DNA of 60,275 nt, filler included, from Circinaria calcarea (taxonomy: Eukaryota): NCBI GenBank assembly GCA_051942165.1. It is 8 parts of 8 records of this genome, joined end to end, with 100 filler letters (N's around TTAATTAATTAA, not from the genome) between each part and the next. Parts side by side here need not be neighbours in the genome. Positions count along the whole stretch, not along the records: positions 1 to 7,456 come from JAVECS010001322.1; positions 7,557 to 15,012 come from JAVECS010001323.1; 6 more parts are not named here. One strand, 5' to 3'. This document shows, one piece after another, positions 1 to 13,853 of the stretch (position 1 is its first letter; every line of letters begins with the position of its first letter). The position numbers were made by a program, and so were the translations under genes. The notes under the pieces are model-generated. The model searched no databases. It saw only the letters and a list, made by a program, of their open reading frames with translations, and was not told where the DNA came from.

Positions 1-3000
1 ATTGCTTTGGAATATCTCAAAGAGGCTCTCGTAGAATTCAACAAGACTGCTTTCAGGACGATCTAATAGGTAGGTTACCAGTGCTGCTCGAGAAACTCGA
101 AGGACGGACTCCGAGCCTGAACCGGCAGACGTAACGAAGCCTTCCAGGAGGGGGATCCGACCCCATTCAATGGAGGACAGTCCTAATATCTGATGGTAGT
201 AGTCTGTGGACGACGTTTCGCCAACATCTATAAACCTGAAATTGACAATCAGGGGACGATCCGTACTAGGCTCAGTAAACTCACTTGGGTGGGTTCTCGC
301 CAGGTCGTAGATATGCCCACGTATTCTCCAGACAACTCCAGGCACAAAATCGTACTTTATCGAGCTTCTCAACGGCAAGCCCAACTACACGAGAGACTAA
401 TCTCTGCTTCGTAGCTTCGTCGAGCAGGTCGTGTTGTAAGGCTACCTGCACTACTCTGATGGCTTCAATCCGAACTAGGGAACCAACGTCACCACGCTGA
501 TCAATAGTATAGTCTTCTAGAGAATTTGATAAAACGTTTGAAATGGACTCGGTCATCACTACATTGATTAGTAGCCAGGGATTTAGGAGACACGGAGATT
601 CCCTAACCTCCTGATGGAATGATTCCTACTCTTAAGCTTTTCAAAGCAGCGACTCTAGTGTCAATGTCCATACGAGGTCCGGATTGCGTCGTGAGTGTAT
701 CTAAGATGGCTTGGCAAGTCGGTGTAACCTTTTCATACCTGTGGAAAATAGTACCAAGCGCAGTAATGCAACCAAGTCCGTTTCCCGGACTCTGTAGTCG
801 TGTTGACTTTTCCAGCGAGAGTTTTCCAAGCCATGATTTTACCATGTCTTCCTTTACATCATTCTCCAAAACATTAAATAAGTTTTCTGCGGCTTCTGCA
901 GCGCAACGGATGACAGTATCTTCGCTTCGTACAAGAGACAATGTGACAATATGGGTACAGCAGGCGAGGGTCTCCGAAGATGGTCTGGTAACCCAATCGC
1001 TTACACCTGATGCGTTTTTTGCAAGAGCCGAGACAAGTGAGCAAGCCGCTTCAGCTGTTAACTCGGGTCGCAACGTAGACGATGTAAAGTTTCGATCATT
1101 GAAGAGTACGTCAGAATGAAAAATCTCCCACAGCCGACATTGAGAGATTGTGCTCCCGACCGTTAGATGATCCTGCTCGAAATTACCACTTGCCTTTTGT
1201 AGGATTGCAACTAGAGCCAGCAGTAAGCCATGTCTCTTCTCAACGTTTCGATTCTCGAGTTTGCTAAGGCTTTCCCGCACTTGTTCTATGGAGCTTTCGA
1301 TTCCTTCAAGACCACGCACCACAGCAAACTTGCTAATCGTAAGTGCAGATAATCTTCGTGAATCTGCATCAGGGGCACATATAGCTCTCCATCCTAACAA
1401 TCCATCCATTAATGCGTCCCAGTATAAGCTGCTAAGCTCCGCAGCCCCAATGGCTACCTCCTCGAGGGCTCTAGACCTGAGAGCGACAGCGTGGTAGTCG
1501 ACAATTTGAATAAGTGAAACCCCTTTATCGGTAGTGTCGGGATGTCTTCCAATCAGTTCTTGAAGTGCAGCTGATGCCCCCCGCCGGATATTACCAGACG
1601 GATCTATTGAAGCGGCAACGACGAGCTCATTTGCAAGTATTTGTAAAATCGAGAGTCTCTGATGATGACACTCTGCAGCACGGACTGTAGACGTATCTAC
1701 TGCTAGAAGTTCTTTCGTTGTATATCTCCTGGCAAGTGACCAAATACCGAAACACGCCGCGTCACGAACGTTAGTGCCAACAGAGTTGCCAGTAGAGGAT
1801 CTCTGCTCAAAACTTAAAGCTAGTATTAGAGCGTTGAGAATGATCGGAAGCTGCTTCGGCGGAGGAGATCTTCGAAACAGGAGATGTGCAAGAGTAAGTA
1901 TCAAACCTTGCCATTGCACTGCATTCACAGCGCCGAGGTTTCGCTGCTTCGTTCCGCTGTAGCTCTGATTGCTGGTATCATTACTCGCATGGAATAAATC
2001 CTCTTGATACTCTTCCCATATAACGTTTTCCTCCAAACTGCTTACTACGGCTTGGACAACCTCAGAAGCCATCTCAGGCTCTAGCTTTACTGTGATTACA
2101 CTCAGCGCCTTACTTGCAGAGAATCTAACAGGTGTGTCTTTATCAGCTAGAGCTGTAAGGAGATGTTCAATGACCTCCTCCAATATGACACCGACTCCTG
2201 GAGATGCAACCAACGATAATGAAGTAGAATTTAGCTGAAGGATTATCGTTGTAATTGCACGAAGAATCTTTATGTTGACCTTTCGAGCAAGGGCTGACGA
2301 CATGATGTCTTTAGATAACGGGGAAGTTTGTGCGTTGATTTTCTGAATGCACTCGAACAAAGGTAGTAAAAAGGGCTGTATAGCAGCGGCATCTGCTAAG
2401 GCAACGGTATGTGCAATAAAAGACAGAACTCCAATATGCGCATATATGGAGAAGGAAACGGGACTTTCAGTTGTCAAAGATGAGACTGCCCAAGTGACCA
2501 ACGCTTTAAGCAAACCAGCTTGAAGCATATCAGGTCTCAATACTAACCGAGCAAGTAAAGCTACTGCAGCCTCACGCTCTTTGCTGGGACTTCTGAGATG
2601 TTCGGCGGAGATGGTAATGACTCGTAACGCGATGGACGGCAGACCCAGCGGCAATCCAATCTCTGGCAAGTTATCCTCGGCAGTTAAGCCCTCGGAAGAT
2701 ACTGACGCCAAGTCAAAGGGGGTCAGCATTAGATGGGATAGCCACAGTAACATCACATATCTTTCCTCCCAGGTCATATAGCTAGGTTTCGACGTCGGGC
2801 CAATTTGTCCTCCCGGTGAGATGGAACTCCACTCCTGGAAGGCATCCAGCATCGGTTCGATATACCTAGGCTCGTTATTGAAGAAGCGGCTGATTACCTT
2901 GGGGCCTCTAATTTTGCATAGCGTATACAGCATTTTGCAGATGGCTTGGGGCATTGTGAGAGTAGGGCCCGGCCGTTTCTCGCTGCGCTTGTAACCATCG

Positions 3001-3359
3001 TGTCGACGGCGATGGAGATGTTCGATGTATGCATTCACGAGAGTGGTTGTGATGGTACTCAGGCGCGGATCCAGCAGCTGGGGCCACTCCTGGAAAGGTT
3101 CCAACTAAACGTTCATGGTTTCTTAGCACCAGTTGTCTTCAGAGGTACCACTATCTATGGATTGTACCAATTTGATCAAGTCTGCAGTAGTTCTGTGTCG
3201 GACGGTTTTCCGTAAACGTTGGCTTGGACGTTGATCCGGAGTAACTTGGGATTTGGAGCTGGATATCCACAGAAAGCGTGGCAGGGAGCTTTCAAACTCC
3301 AGCAGAAGCTCCGACGAAGCCCGCTGCAGTTGCACATCTTTGTCCTCGGCGGCATCCAT
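1..3359 (-). CDS. TBCD: Tubulin-specific chaperone D (beta-tubulin folding cofactor D), multi-exon, 3' end cut by the window start
   Basis: Motifs 'EPFQEWPQLLDP', 'CKIRGPKVISRFF', 'LWLSHLMLTPFDL', 'GTNVRDAACFGIWSLARRY', 'NIRRGASAALQELIGRH' and 'DYTIDQRGDVGSLVRIEA'. GT-AG intron at 3105-3167, further introns near 560-606 and below 285. Confidence 0.93.
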
Positions 3360-4243
3360 CTGTGTACGGGGGAAGTCAGGATGCTGGAGAGAGTATCACG
3401 TGCTCCAGGCCTCGTTGAGTGTGAGGCCGAGCCTCGAGAGGATGTAGCCCGGCGTGCCTGAGTTCGGAGTGTAGGGGAGTCGTGTCCACTTCCTTCCGAT
3501 GGGCGTAGCTAACTGGGCGTAGGCGGTACGGTACTTGAGCTGCTGTCGTATGGAGGGGCGGGTAACTGCCTCAGGTTGGAGATGGTTGCATCCCAATCGT
3601 AGCTGATTGGCAGGGGAATTTTCTCCCGAAGCCGAACGACGCCCCCCAACTCGCGATCCTCGTCCGACTGTTGACATGCAGTCTTATCGCCCTTCCGCGT
3701 GGGAGACGGCGACGCACACTGCACCCTTATCTGTGACGCAAGGATGGAGTCGGTGGGCACCCGCATCGGACTTGACTCGACGCGGGCGGAGGTTTGGATA
3801 GAGGCAGGAGGCGACCAGTTCTATTGGAGAGTACATATCATATGCATATCTGACTACGGCTGCGGTACACGATTGTCCTCCTACTCCGTACCATACAGCC
3901 GGTAGAGTAGAGCGTGTCCACTATCCGCCGAACTTATCGTTGGCAATCAGACTGTACTCTGTATTGGCGATGCCTGTCGGTGGCTTGACTGCTAATCAGC
4001 CGCTGAGGTCCAGGGCCAGCAACATCGGAATTAGATATCTCGGACTTTTTGGATACTCCTATTCTCTCGAGTGCACGTGTGTGTCTGCTCGAGCAATCAT
4101 CTCCCTCCCACCGCGAGCGATCATCATCATCATCGAGTAGGGCCCTGCAATCCTCATGTTGTACGGCCCCGCCCGCGACTTGGGACATCTCCGCGGCACC
4201 AGCCACAACTCGCCCCAGGCCACCCATCTCTCGCCTGTGAGCC

Positions 4244-7080
4244 ATGGCCGACGAGGGCATCGCCACCAAGCCAGAGGGCAGTTCCGCCAACTACACGACG
4301 GCCCATTCACCAAACTCACACGTGAAGCCTCCCAAAAGCAGGCCGAGGAGTCGAGACAAGGACGTTCTGGCTGCCAAGAGGAGATGCGTGAGTACCGCAT
4401 GTATTGCGTGCCGGCGGAGGAAGTCAAAGGTTTGTCGAATCTCGATCGCGGACCCAGTTGGCTCTGGACTCTTTCCGAACGCTCTCGTGCTGATGTCCCA
4501 ACCGTCTCCAGTGTGATGGTAACCTACCGAGCTGCGCAGCGTGCGCATCCGTCTATGGGACCGAATGTGTCTATGATCCGAATTCGGATCACCGCCGCAA
4601 GGGGGTCTACAAGAAGGACATTGACAACCTCAAGACACGCAACTCGACTCTGCAAACCCTGATTCAAGCCATCCTCAACTCTCCCGAGAACGAAGTTCCG
4701 GCCTTGGTAAAGCAGATAAGGACATGTGAGAGTCTCGACGATGTTGCCGAGTCAATCATGGCGAGAGATGTGGCACTGGGTGAGGATGGAGACGAGGTAG
4801 GATCGCCGCTGGACGGGAACGGATTGGCCCTAGCAGTCCCCAAATTCGAGACGGAGTTGTCCGGCAAGATGAGTGAACTGCGGTTGGATAACGGCGCCCT
4901 TCAGTTCATTGGTGGTACCTCCAACCTGATCTTTCTCGGGCCGAGTTCAGAGGACGAAAGTGCGCCAGCGTCGACGGGTAATATCGATCAGTATCAGCAA
5001 CAAAAGGATCCGTACACGTCGTGGACGACCGTCACCAAAGACCCTAGGCTGGTAGTTCACCTGATTAAAATGTACTTTACCTGGCACTATGCCTACTTCA
5101 CCACCGTCTCTAGATCCCTTTTTTACCGTGATTTCTGCCTTGGAAAACCGCCACCCGACACGAAACGGAAGATAGAGCACTGCACACCGTTACTGGTCAA
5201 TGCAATGCTGGCACTCGGCTGCCACTTTACATCTTGGCCAGAAGCAAGGGCCGACCCTCAAGACTCTGCTACTGCAGGCGACCATTTCTTCAAGGAAGCC
5301 AAACGCTTGATACTGGAAAACGATGAGCATGAGAATCCACGGCTGAGTACTGTCCAAGCGCTCGCCCTGATGTCTGTTCGCGAGGCAGGGTGTGGCCGAG
5401 AAGCCAAGGGTTGGCTATACAGTGGCATGAGCTTCAGAATGGCCTGTGACCTGGGGCTCAACATCGAATCTGGGGTTGCCGGTTTAGATGAGTCAGAAGT
5501 TGATGCTCGAAGGATCACACTTTGGGGCTGCTTTCTATTCGACAAGTGTGTTGCTTCCCTCGCGTCTCTGAATCACTATAGTCCTGGCTAACCGGAGTCA
5601 AGATGCTGGTCCAACTACCTAGGTCGCGTCCCACAACTGCCATTGTCCAATATTACAGTCCCAAAGTATGATGTCTTCCCCATGGAAGACGCTGAAACAT
5701 GGTCTCCCTATACGGACAATGGTCCTATTCAAGCAAACAGTCAACCTTCGAGAACACGTGCCATAGCGCTTCAAATATCGTACCTGTGTGAGATCAGCAA
5801 CGACCTACTATTATATTTCTACCACCCGACGCACCTAGAGAAGCCACTCGGGAAGCAGACGGAGCTGAAAAAGCTCAGCGAGTTACACACCAGGCTGGAG
5901 GCATGGCGCAAAGACTTGCCGAAAGAAATGGAAGCCAAGGAAGGTCAATTACCGCCAGCCTTGTTAATGCAGTAAGCCCTCGTGGAAACGTGTTCTACTT
6001 GGAGAAACTGCTGATTCTGTCGCTAGCATGTTCTTTCATCTATTATTCATCCACCTGTTTCGACCCTTTCTCAAGTATCACCAGTCAACTTCGCCCTTAC
6101 CGGCTAATGTTTCACCCCGAAAGATATGTACGCATGCCGCCGCTATGATATCCAAGTTACTCCGCCTGTACAAGCGGAACTACGGATTACGGCAAATTTG
6201 TAATATTGCCGTGTATATCGCCCACTCGGCATGTACAATACATTTGCTGAATCTACCCGAGAAAAACGCTCGACGGGACATAATACATGGCGTAAAGCAT
6301 CTTGAAGAAATTGCTGAAAGCTGGCTATGCGCTCGAAGGACACTTCACATTCTGAATGTGCTCGCCCGGCGGTGGAAAGTCAGTCTGCCAGATGAAGCTG
6401 CCGCAGTGTTGGCACGAGCCGATGCCAAGTTTGGGTTCGTCAATCCTCACTCGCCCGAATCCCCCAAATCGGACGTGAGCTCGCCGAGGATCTTTCAAAG
6501 GATGACACCAGTCACAACCACGACTGACAGCATCAATGGTGAGACAACCTACAAGCTACCTATGAATGGAATGTACAAGGAAGCAGCTCCGAAAATGGAG
6601 GACCCCGTTGCTATCGGAGTCATACCAGACGCCTTCGCAACAATACCCGACCTCAGCAACTCCACTCATTCGCAAAACTTCTCGATACCCAAGATCCAAC
6701 GCGATCTTTGGAAGCAAGATCAGGCTCAAAGAAGCGCCACCCGCCAGGCTCGTACCTCTCCGTCGATACTCTTCGGCGGCGTCGACGCGCTAATGGAAGA
6801 AAACCAAGAGTGGTGGGAAAAGGATCAATCGGCTCTGGCGGTAGGCTTCGATAATTGGAATAAGCTAGACTCAGAAGCGGCACTGTTGGGAGACGGATAT
6901 AGCAGTAGTATCAATGAAGCGAATGGAGTTGGCGTAGGTGTTGGAGCTGGAGTTGTGAATGCGGGCGTGGACGGAATTGCAGGTGGGAACGCAGGCGTCG
7001 GTGGCGGTAGTGTAAACGGATTAGGATTTGCTGGATTCGGGACCAACACCTTTGGCTTCGGTAACGGGGATCTTTTTTAA
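4244..7080 (+). CDS. nirA: Nitrate-assimilation Zn2Cys6 transcription factor NirA/NIT-4
   Basis: Splicing out 4430-4511 gives 'KRRCVSTACIACRRRKSKCDGNLPSCAACASVYGTECVYDPNSDHRRKGVYKKD', which matches A. nidulans NirA as I recall it. NES-like 'ELSGKMSELRLD', 'FIGGTSNLIFL' and a fungal TF middle domain follow. Further introns near 5547-5602 and 5971-6026. Confidence 0.9.
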
Positions 7081-7371
7081 ATGGATGGATGCATGAGTAG
7101 GGGACCTGGGGGATGTTTGGAAAGTTTGATTCAAGCAAAGGTCCAAGGAAAAAGGGGCAGATCTCGGTGTCCAATGGAGGTGAAATGTCTTTTTGAAATG
7201 AATTGGATGACGGGAATAAAAGACACAAGGCTGACCTTCTACCTGGTTATGCATGAACGCAGCGATTTCATAATGTCTAAGTCTATGCTCTTTCTCCTTT
7301 TTTCCTTTTTAGAAGCGCTCTACTCCCTCCCTTTTTCTGCTGCCCCTTTTCCGCCTTCCGTCTTCTTCCAT

Positions 7372-7456
7372 CCACAACTGCCATTGTCCAATATTACAGT
7401 CCCAAAGTATGATGTCTTCCCCATGGAAGACGCTGAAACATGGTCTCCCTATACGG
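7372..7456 (+). repeat. Exact 85-bp copy of nirA exon sequence 5631-5715 at the contig end
   Basis: ccacaactgccattgtcc...ggtctccctatacgg is identical at both positions. Confidence 0.95.
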
Positions 7457-7556
7457 NNNNNNNNNNNNNNNNNNNNNNNNNNNNNNNNNNNNNNNNNNNN
7501 TTAATTAATTAANNNNNNNNNNNNNNNNNNNNNNNNNNNNNNNNNNNNNNNNNNNN
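7457..7556. other. Artificial contig linker. Identical linkers at 15013-15112, 22565-22664, 30115-30214, 37665-37764, 45210-45309 and 52746-52845
   Basis: 44 N + TTAATTAATTAA (stops in all six frames) + 44 N. Genes are cut mid-frame at the linkers, and contig lengths descend from 7456 to 7430. Confidence 0.98.
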
Positions 7557-8474
7557 ATTTCCCCCCCCCCAAAAAAAATCCGAATAGATTAGATCCTACC
7601 TACGTGACAGATACAAAATTATTTGGCGATGGAGATAGTGACGGGAAAGGAGATGGAGATTTCTTGACACTTGATCAAGAAAAAAGGTTTGAATGGAAAG
7701 GAATGGAATGGAAGGGCAAAAGTAAGAGCAAGAGCAAAATGACTCTGTATGGTAGTTAGTACACACGCCCACCCGTCTCCGGCTCCTGGCCCCCTAGCCC
7801 CTGGCCCCTGGCGCATGGAGCAGCACTGGAGTAGCAGTAGCATTGAGATATTCCAATTCTCCCCTGAGTGGCCCCCTCGGAGTCCCTTTAGGAAATCTCG
7901 AATCTAATCTCAACGTCAATTTCAAGCATGGGAGAAATTTACAGAACGAGTGGTGCCCCGTCCTACATGCTGTACTGTACTGTAGGATACTGTAGGTACT
8001 ATACTGTATTGGGACTTGGGAATTAAAATATAACATGGCTTTTTTTTTTTATATAAAAACGATTGGTGGGGTGTGATTAAGTGGTTGGGAATACCAAAGG
8101 TGTACGCATGCCGCACATGTGAGTGCTTTTGCTTAATGGACTTGAGAAAAAGGGGGAGGTAGCCCACCAACCTCGGGCTGGCTGGGCTGGAAGTTGGCTG
8201 AGATAGGTTTGGTCCCCCGTGTGCATGTGTATGTTTTACATTTATATCTAGTCATCACTAAGGTACCTGCTTGAAAAAAATCCCCATCAAACTTAGTCCT
8301 TCCCTCCTCTTCACAGCTCAGGAAAGAACCCATATATCTGATATATCAGCCCCCGGACTCCTTTTTCTCCATCTCCATCTCCATCACACCAAGTTTTGAT
8401 TTTACAGAAATATAGTACAGACGAATATCCCCTCCGAGCTAAGACGACTGAGACCTCATACATACGCCCATGGA

Positions 8475-11400
8475 TTACGGTACTACATCTTGAGCTCTCT
8501 GCCTCCCCAGCGTCCACGACTTGCTAACGGCTTCGAATTGCTTTGGGCCCCGGATCCACGGTTTCTTCCTCTCCACTCTCTTCCCATACTCACTCCAAGG
8601 GTCGACTGCGGGCAAATACGGCTCTTGCGGCAATGCAGCCGGAAATGTACCATTTCCTAGTTCTGCTTTCCGGTTGTGCGGACGAGATTTCAGTTTCTTA
8701 TTATCGCCGTGGTCGTTTGCGGATGCGGTTGTGTTCTTGCTGGAGACCTCCTTGATGATTTCTCTTAGCTCTTTCTCATCGCTGGTGATTTGCGCTCTCA
8801 GGAGTGCGAAATCGTGTGCAGAATCTTTTGTCAACTGCGCCATGACTGGTGTTCGAGGCGTGTAGTGCCATTTCTCGAGTTCCATATCCGTTTCTGGTAC
8901 GACCTCGGGATTCAACGCCGCTTCTTCGCCCTTTGCCATTAGACCCCAGATATCCAGACTCTCGCCATGTGGTATCTTTTGCGGATGGCTTGGCGTTACA
9001 CAATCCATATCGACTTCTTTCCTCAGCACATGGTCAATGTCAACTGCACTGAAGAATGCGCAGCTTTGTGGTAAGTCATTGATCCCCATCTGCTGGCTGA
9101 ACATAGCCCGGGTCCAAAGGTTAGCCACCTGTAGTGCCATGGCTACCTTGTATCTGTCCGCGCTCTTTACCAAATATCGGATCTCATCGTGAACAGTGAG
9201 AGAGAGGCGAGCGTCGAGATGGTAACGGGCGATAAGGTAGTCCATGCTGATTACCAGCAGGTGCAGGTAATCAACCCCAGAGGATTGGATGGCCCAATTA
9301 ATGCGGGATGTCATAAAACCGCCCTTGTTGATGAAGCGACGCATCAGGGCTTCGGTGATACCTGCGCCAAGGACAGGCGTGCGTGGCCGTTCCTGCTCAG
9401 CAAACTCTTCCAGCTTGTTGAATACGAGGGATTCGGTTCCACCACGCCAGAAGGATGTATCAGAGAGTGCTCTCCGGTTGGTCTTGGAACCTTTGGTCTC
9501 TTTATAAAGCCGAGTTGCAATCTCATGGGTCTCTTTCTCCGTAAGCGAAGGGTTGAATTGTCGAAGCAAGGTGGACGCAAACTTGAGGCCAGCACCATAA
9601 ATTCGTCCATAATTAAACACTTTGGCATTGTTCCGGGAGATGCCAAGGATTTTAGCAGTCTTAGAGTGCAAATCTGTGCCAGCAGCTTTAGTTCCTTCCA
9701 GTGTCATGAACCCAAGGGCGTTACCACCGTGGAGGCGGAACTGTGCATCACCGACCAGTGAAGCAATCCAAAGTTCTTCCGAGTCAACGTCTGCACCGAC
9801 AAAGTGATAACCAGGAGGCGCTTTAATCATGGATTTCAACTCGGAACCAACGCGATTGGCTTTGGCGTTACTGGCAGTCAACCAGGTATTCTCAACAGCA
9901 CGACGGGTGATGGTGCCCATTGGGATGACTTGTGGAAGGATGTAACCAAGCTGAGAAGGTGTCTTGGACATTGTGGCAGATCCAACATTATCATCATATA
10001 CCACCATTTGCGATCTAATACGATCCCGAGCACTGATCCAATACGAGCAAGATGCGTTCATTTCAAGCGCTTCTTTGGCGTATTCATATTGGGAGGACAA
10101 AACTCCACTATCAAAGTATTGGAGGTATCCCTTCGCAAGGGGACTAGCACACCTTGCTTGTGGCCCGTCTTTATGAGGTAATTTGAAGTAACGATGCTTA
10201 AAGTCATCTCGAAGGTGTAGGTTTTTTTCATCCGACATGTCACAGTCTACCACTGACTTGTTGCTATACATAAAGGCTTCGGAAACTGGTACCTTGAAGG
10301 TCCAACCGTACTTGTCAGACCAGACCAAAGGATGATTGTCCCATGAAAGTCGAAGCAGTAGAGGTGCAATACGAGTCCTTACGGTTAAAGCCAGTTCTGC
10401 TTCACTAGTTGCAAAGAGGTCCTTGTACCACTTCGGCATCCCGGGCATTTTCTGGCGCGCTGCTGGCCTAGGTGGATCGCCTTTTTTCTTGCCTTTGACC
10501 ATCCGAACCTCCCGGCCCGACCAGTCCAGCTGTTGTAGCCACGGATCTTCATTATACTTTAGTGGCTCATCCTTCAATGCCAAGGCTGCCTTTGTTAAAT
10601 CAACGAGTCGCTGTTCAACTGCAGCATTGAGTTGATGATAGGTAGCCTCAGCATCTTCAATGTACGCTTCCCACGACTTGTTGACCGGAAGTATCACTGA
10701 AGAGAGATGCCGTAGAGCGCCGAAGCTGACAGGATGGGGACACACTTCAATGAAGCCTGGGAAGACCTTTTTGTATACTCGATGGGTGATTGAGACATCG
10801 GCCGCACAGTAGTCAAGCAACTCGTCAAGTTTGTCTCGAATGCCTTCTCGGTCCAGTTCACCGAACTGGTCACGCTGAGCCTTGTCGATAGTAACATCAC
10901 AATGAAACTTGGCAACATCACGTAACGAGTTTACAGAGCTCCTTCCCACCCAGAGCTCCTCTTCTTCCTCACTCAGCATATTGTTTTCCAACAAAGCTGC
11001 AAGTTCCACAGAGTTGCTCTCCCCAGCAAGCTTATCCCTCATATCGCGATTCTTCTTATGTTTCATCCATGTTGGCCGTTGTCTGGAGCACATCCCATTC
11101 ACCGCCACATGCAACGACATAGTATCCAGAAAGAAGTTTCTTGACTGGCGCACATTGTACTCCTCAAGAACACGTGCTCTATCATATCCAATGTTATGAC
11201 CAATGACAACTCGAGGCTTCTGAGGGTCTCCCAAAGGTATTAGGTGCCGATCAGCTTCAGACTCTCCCATCAACCATGGCGAGAGCCACGCGTACCATGC
11301 AGTAGGACTTGCAGCACAAGCCATGACGGCAAATGAACTTTCCTTCCACATCACTTCCGTGTCAAACGTAAGCATTTCTTCCAGCGGTGCATCAATCGGC

Positions 11401-11988
11401 TCGTTGGCGCCATCCGAGGTATACTTTGTCCACCCACTCCTCTTAACCCAGCGCCGTGGCGGCTGAGGGAGATTGATTCTTGCATATCCCTGCGCTAGAC
11501 TGTAGTAAGGCTCAGAAGCTTGTCTCCCTAGGCGATAGAAGTGCTCATCCAACGTCTTGCCGTGCAGTCGAGGCAAGTCGAGTGCGATAGGAGGTGAATT
11601 TTCCTGATTCTTTCCCCATAGATCATGTCGAGCAAGATGATCTTTACTGAGATTCACCAAATTTTGCGATGGTATGGTCGGTGGTCCTGAAAAGACCTGT
11701 GGGTAGACATGGTTGCTCAACTGTTGTACGCCTATCTCATTGTAGCGCGGTAACACATGCACTATGGCAGTAATTAGTACTCACACATATAACTGACTGA
11801 CGAACAACGTTACCAGGTGCCTTGTTGTTAGCTGCTTGTATATCGCCTGAGGCCGCTTCGACGGCATACTGTCGTCGAGAGACATGCCTGAACAGTAAAA
11901 GCTGGTTGGGATACTTGGGGTGATACTGATACCGGAGAGGCCTAGTATGTGAGCGCCCTGTCGACCATCTGTAGATCAAGCTGCGCAT
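8475..11988 (-). CDS. MIP1: Mitochondrial DNA polymerase gamma
   Basis: Exonuclease motifs 'TFDTE', 'GHNIGYDRAR' and 'YCAADV'. Polymerase motifs 'VGADVDSEELW', 'AKVFNYGRIYGAG' and 'TVHDEIRY'. Arg-rich presequence-like exon 1 (11814-11988) and a 52-nt intron at 11762-11813. Confidence 0.97.
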
Positions 11989-12461
11989 GCTCCCCGAACC
12001 TTCAGCAGAGAGTGCAAGTTCATTGCTCTTGTATGTACCTTGTCACTCCGTGCAAGTAGCGTGACGTCTTTAGCTTCCCAAAAGGATCGCGAAAAGATCC
12101 CTGCTAGGGGATACTATTTTCCCTCCCGACACCCGAGGTACTTCCAAGGGTGCTTTTGCTTACCGCATTATTGGGGAGGGGGAGTCTGATCAATGGACAA
12201 CACATTGACAATAGACTGGGTGCCAATTGGGGAAGTGGCAAGACTGTCGCCTTCAAATCAGTGTATCATCCTATATAGCCTTTGTCATCCACAACAGCAT
12301 TCAGTACGTCGAACCAACTTGACAGGCCCAGCTATACAAGGCCACTTTCTATACTATCCTTCGCTGCCATAATTAATACATTAGTTAGTGTTGACCTTCG
12401 TCCCATTTATTGGCAATATTGAAAAGTGTAGTACCCAAGCAAAAAGAATCTTGTTATTACG

Positions 12462-13240
12462 ATGGCGCAGCCAAATTCACCTTCTCCATCATTCACGCCC
12501 TCATTCCCTTCATGGACTCAAACGACTCCTTCAGAAATACTTCGCTCTCCTTCCAATCCTTGGGACAACGATTACCTACATCAACTCCCTTTTGGCTTCA
12601 TCGACCTTACGGCAGATTTGTCTTCTCCAACTCCACCATCACCGATGCGGAGGTTTCGATCCACCGAAGCAGAGGCGTCGCGAGAGAGCTCCGCCCAGCC
12701 ATCAAACAAGAGGAGACGCATAGACACTGTTGATATCGGTGAAGGAACCCCAAGAGTAAACGATAGCGTTGCTAAGAAGGAAATCGAGGAGGTGGATCTA
12801 AGGGATCTGGACGACGACAACAGTCTGTTCAAAGTACTGGAGCAGCAACGCGCAGACGCAATCAAAACCCAAAAAGAACAGAGTAACAAGCCGCTTCGCT
12901 TCTCCACGCAGCTATGTGTTGTGTGTATGGAGAGTATGACCAATATCACCAGTACGCACTGTGGTGAGTCCAGCCGCCTGTTTACGAAGTTGCTACGGAT
13001 TCGCTAACATGATTCGCAGGTCACCTCTTCTGTCACACCTGCCTCATGGAAGCTCTAATCGCGGGAGAGAACCAAGGATCAGATGCTGGAAAGACCTTGT
13101 CTAGATGTCCGATATGCCGCAAGAAAGTGCTGAGGGGCAAGGATAAAAAGAGCTCTGGAATGATCATCCCCTTGGAGTTAAAGGTCAGGAGTAAGAGTAC
13201 AGTGGCTAAAGGTAAAGAGAAGGCTATGCCAGTTCCGTGA
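12462..13240 (+). CDS. C3HC4 RING-finger protein with SIM-like motifs (Slx8/RNF4-like SUMO-targeted ubiquitin ligase)
   Basis: Intron 12964-13019 joins 'CVVC...THCG|HLFCHTC...CPICR'. The N-terminal part has SIM-like 'FIDLT' and 'IEEVDL'. Confidence 0.8.
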
Positions 13241-13853
13241 ACGAAGGCATGTTAAGAAACGATTGCCAGGGATGATTCAGGTTGAGGTCTTCAATGCATA
13301 GCGAGAGATTTTGATCAAGGCGTAAAGTCGAGAAGTTGGGAGGATTGTATCGAAGATACCCCAGGTCAAATGAGCCACTTGATAGAAATAGCCAAGGGCA
13401 ATGTTTCAGGATTGCTCCATAGCACTATCCATATTCCCTATAACATTATACAGTGTTTGCCATCATACTTTTCGCCTGCATGAACCAAATCATCCTTGTA
13501 GATTTCTAGGCATCAGTATTTTGCCCTATCTCTAAATATTGTCATGACGGTGTCAGGGTCAAGCTCCTTTTCCGTACATGCAACGTGTACAACTACTAGC
13601 ATGCCCATCATAACAGTAAGGCGCAGGTGAGTTATAACTCCCAATTTCATGTTTATTCCATGGCAGTATCCTCCTTGGTTGATCCCTAATCGTATGGATC
13701 ACGAGGTTAGCCAATCTCTTGATTGACCACTCTGTTCCAGTTCATATATCTTTTTTTCATTTGGTGCTGTCTGGCATTTTGCACAATCAAGTCCAACGTC
13801 AAATATCTGTGCTCACTGTACTCTTCTGGCATCCGCAAATTCTTTTTTCCAAC

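Noticed and set aside
3360..3900. GC-rich stretch considered as a tRNA or other ncRNA
   Set aside because: No cloverleaf, box A/B or snoRNA boxes recognised; it fits a divergent promoter and UTRs.
8521..11199. Multiple plus-strand ORFs antisense to MIP1 (likewise opposite TBCD, PRO3, CLC and PRP9)
   Set aside because: Shadow ORFs of real genes, with no independent motifs.
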